From assembly GCA_965242965.1 (NCBI GenBank), contig OZ251518.1, positions 672,001 through 736,000 on the forward strand: 64,000 bases of DNA, written 5' to 3'. This stretch comes from Candidatus Poribacteria bacterium (GTDB taxonomy: Bacteria > Poribacteria > WGA-4E > WGA-3G). The position numbers were made by a program, and so were the translations under genes. The notes beneath the pieces were generated by a model. That model worked only from the letters and a program-made list of their open reading frames with translations. It did not search any database and had not been told where the DNA came from. Positions 60,997 through 64,000 of the stretch are shown piece after piece; the first letter of the stretch is position 1, and each line of letters begins with the position of its first letter.

Positions 60997-62135
60997 CCGT
61001 AGGGCGAGGGCCTGTCCCTCGCCATGCCGGGGGATGGCGAGGGACGTTCCTCTATAGACATTCAGGCCGAGGGCTGTCCTGAAATCAGCGCAGCCTTGCG
61101 AACCAAAAGGTCTTAGGTCCTTTAGGACCTACATGTCTATAGCACACCGTGCTGGCCACTTTTCAAGGTCCTTTAGGTCCTTAATAATGGGAGATATGCC
61201 TTCGTCAAGCACATTAAGGTCCTACGGACCTTAGGATTTTTCATGTGCCGTTTTTCTATAGACATTAAGGTCTTACAGACCTTAAGAGGGACGACGAACG
61301 CTCGCGGGGGACAGGCCCCCGCGCTACGTAATAATGGCACGTTCCGCGGCCCGTAGGGCGAGGGCCTGTCCCTCGCCATGCCGGGGGATGGCGAGGGACG
61401 TTCCTCTATAGACATTCAGGCAGAGGGGCTGTCCTGAATCAGCGCAGCCTTGCAAACCAAAAGGGTCTTAGGTCCTTTAGGACCTTAATGTCTATAGCAC
61501 ACCGTGCTGGCCGCTTTTCAAGGTCCTTTAGGTCCTTAATAATGGGAGACAGGCCGTCGTAAAGCACATTAAGGTCCTACGGACCTTAGATTTTTCAGGT
61601 GCCGTTTTTCTATAGACATTAAGGTCTTACAGACCTTAAGAGGGACGACGAACGCTCGCGGGGGACAGGCCCCCGCGCTACGGTAAAAAAAACGTCCCCT
61701 TCACCGTAGGGCGAGGGCCTGTCCCTCGCCATGCCGGGGGATGGCGAGGGACGTTCCTCTATAGACATTCAGGCCGATGGGCTGTCCTGAATCAGCGCAG
61801 CCTTGCAAACCAAAGGGTCTTAGGTCCTTTAGGACCTTAATGTCTATAGCACACCGTGCTGGCCACTTTTCAAGGTCCTTTAGGTCCTTAATAATGGGAG
61901 ATATGCCTTCGTCAAGCACATTAAGGTCCTACGGACCTTAGGATTTTTCAGGTGCCGTTTTTCTATAGACATTAAGGTCTTACAGACCTTAAGAGGGACG
62001 ACGAACGATCGCGGGGGACAGGCCCCCGCGCTACGTAATAATGGCACGTTCCGCGGCCCGTAGGGCGAGGGCCTGTCCCTCGCCGTGCCTGGGTCTACCG
62101 GACGATCGCGGGGGACAGGCCCCCGCGCTACGGTA
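60997..62135. repeat. Three tandem copies of a compound repeat of about 355 bp
   Basis: Units starting at about 61000, 61353 and 61706 share CTATAGACATTCAGGC..., AGGTCCTTTAGGACCT and GTAG REP parts. Confidence 0.9.
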
Positions 62136-62421
62136 AAAAAACGTCTCCGCGCTACGATAAAAAAAGGGCCGCCGCGCGCGACGTGAGAAAAAAAACTGAA
62201 AAAATCGCGGAAAAGACCAAAAAAATCGCATTTTTATTATTTTTTTCACTTTTTTTCGTTTTTTTTTCAACTTTTTCTTGACAAAAAACGTCATATATGG
62301 CATAATTGACGCAAATAACGCAAAAATGTCAACCAACTCGCGGTTTTTGTCGATTTTTCTTGCATAAATCGCGCGAATAGGGTATCATTTAGCAAATTCT
62401 GACGCAATAGAGGAGAAAAAC

Positions 62422-64000
62422 GTGAAGAATCGCTCTCATGGATACTCCGGCAACGTTGTTAAGGAAGCACGCGGCAATAATATCCGCGCTCAACAAAGCT
62501 TGCACACGCAAAACGTGGGCGAGCCAATCGCGTTCTCGCGTTCAAAAAATGACTATGCATTACACAGATCGGGACTTAACCCCCCCCTTAACTATACGGA
62601 TGTTAACCTCCGATACACCAGAGCGACGCGCCGGTGAAATCGGGGGCCATCGAGACCAGGAGGTCTTGCCTACGGTGGTGCATCGAGACCAGGAGGTCTC
62701 GCCTACCGGGATATTGCATCGAGGCCAGGAGGTCTCGCCTACGGGGAGCAATCGGGACGCTCGCCGCCGAATATCGGTTGCGGGGCTACTCGCGTTCGCG
62801 CTCGCCTGCGCGCTATTCGCATTGCCACACAATGCCGCCGCGCAAATACTCGCGGGAGGCTATGGCCCAAGCGGTTTCACACCGGCGGCACTGTTTCGGA
62901 ATACCACGCCACGCTTTGTCACAACCTACGAGGACAATCGGTTCGTGATGCGGCTGACCACGGGGCCCGGCGGCTATCTCTATGACTCGCGAAATCCGAG
63001 CGGAGACGGCTCGAACATCCGCTTTGAGATACTGCGCGATACTTACCACGACAGTCAGTCTAACGTTGTGACCGGCTGGTGGGGAGATAATTCCCACTTC
63101 GAAGTGCTGAATACCGCAAGAGATGGATACCAGCGCGGCACAATCCTATTCAAGACTGCTCCAGACTACGAAAATCCGACCGACAGGCGGCTTAGGTACC
63201 AAAGACATCAACCGCTGAGGAACCCCTGGTTGCCGCACCTCGGGCGTGAAGAATCGCCCTGGTACACCCGGTCTTATCGGGAGGATAACCAATATTGGCT
63301 CTCGGTCCGCGTCACGCTTGACGGGGTCGCGGGCGCGCATCCTACCTATCTCACAATACCTGTCTATGTTGAGAAAGACCTGGATAAGGAACCCCCGGTT
63401 TTCCGGGACACTTTGCCCTCCCTTTTCCATGTTACCGAAAATCACAGACTCGTGACGCAATTGCGACTTGGGGGCAGCAATGCGCATATCTATGATCTCG
63501 CGAACCCGCAAGGACAAAGCGAAGGCCGCTCAATAACCCTCGGCATCACAAGCTGGGGTGATGGCGGCAAGTTTAGCGTCTTTAACAGCCCGAGTGGTAT
63601 CTACGGCAGAGGTGCAATCGTATTCAACGCTGCACCCGACAAGGAGAATCCAACCGACATACTCATCGCTGGGACCTCGCCGGCGGGTAACAACGGCTAT
63701 CACTTGGAACTCTCCGCCAGCGTGACAGACAGACTCGGCGCAACGCATACCTCAAAGCAGAAGCTGATTGTTCGTGTTGTGAACGAATGGGACACGCCGC
63801 CGCAGAAACCCATCAACCTCCGGCAGACCGCGGTGGGCTCCGGCTCGGGCGAAGCCGGGCGCACGGTGACACTCAAGTGGACCCAGCCTGTTATTCAGAG
63901 TAGAGATGACGCGCCTTGGAAATACCTGGTCCAAGTGTGGGGGTGGGATCCTGACCGGCGTGTGCTCAGCACCTTTATTAACATCCCGAGATTTGATTTC
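62422..64000 (+). CDS. Large secreted cadherin-like + fibronectin type III surface protein (runs off the window; start ambiguous across a C8 tract)
   Basis: Frame with codons starting at 62438 is open to 64000: signal-like RRRISVAGLLAFALACALFALPHNAAA, FKTAPDYENPTD, FNAAPDKENPTD..GNNGY, PPQKPINL..VTLKWTQP; absent from the ORF track because it has no stop. Confidence 0.8.

Overview
64-kb, GC-rich bacterial chromosomal segment with about 47 credible CDSs, mostly carbohydrate uptake and catabolism (ABC and TRAP transporters, GH88, Gfo/Idh/MocA, sugar-phosphate isomerases, UxuA-like, two PhyH), plus hisA, cydAB, heptose nucleotidyltransferases, an ECF sigma factor, toxin-antitoxin and defence-like genes, and secreted proteins (dockerin-like, FGE-sulfatase, LamG, cadherin/FN3). 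This gene mix resembles Candidatus Poribacteria (inference only). No rRNA, tRNA, CRISPR array, transposase or reverse transcriptase was recognised. Nearly every intergenic space holds mosaics of several GTAG-type REP-like palindrome families. Some mosaics are enclosed by a shared terminal inverted repeat (GAGGGTGTTTCATAAATC) with 7-8 bp target-site duplications. The repeats also enter genes: they are translated in frame inside at least three proteins and supply stop codons and one apparent start codon. Other highlights are a full-length EF-Tu paralog with degenerate G3/G4/G5 GTPase motifs, two tandem MTase-nuclease fusions differing mainly in the target-recognition segment, and a recurring leader-ORF plus poly-C element upstream of secreted surface proteins. 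All calls come from reading the sequence by eye; no searches or computations were run.
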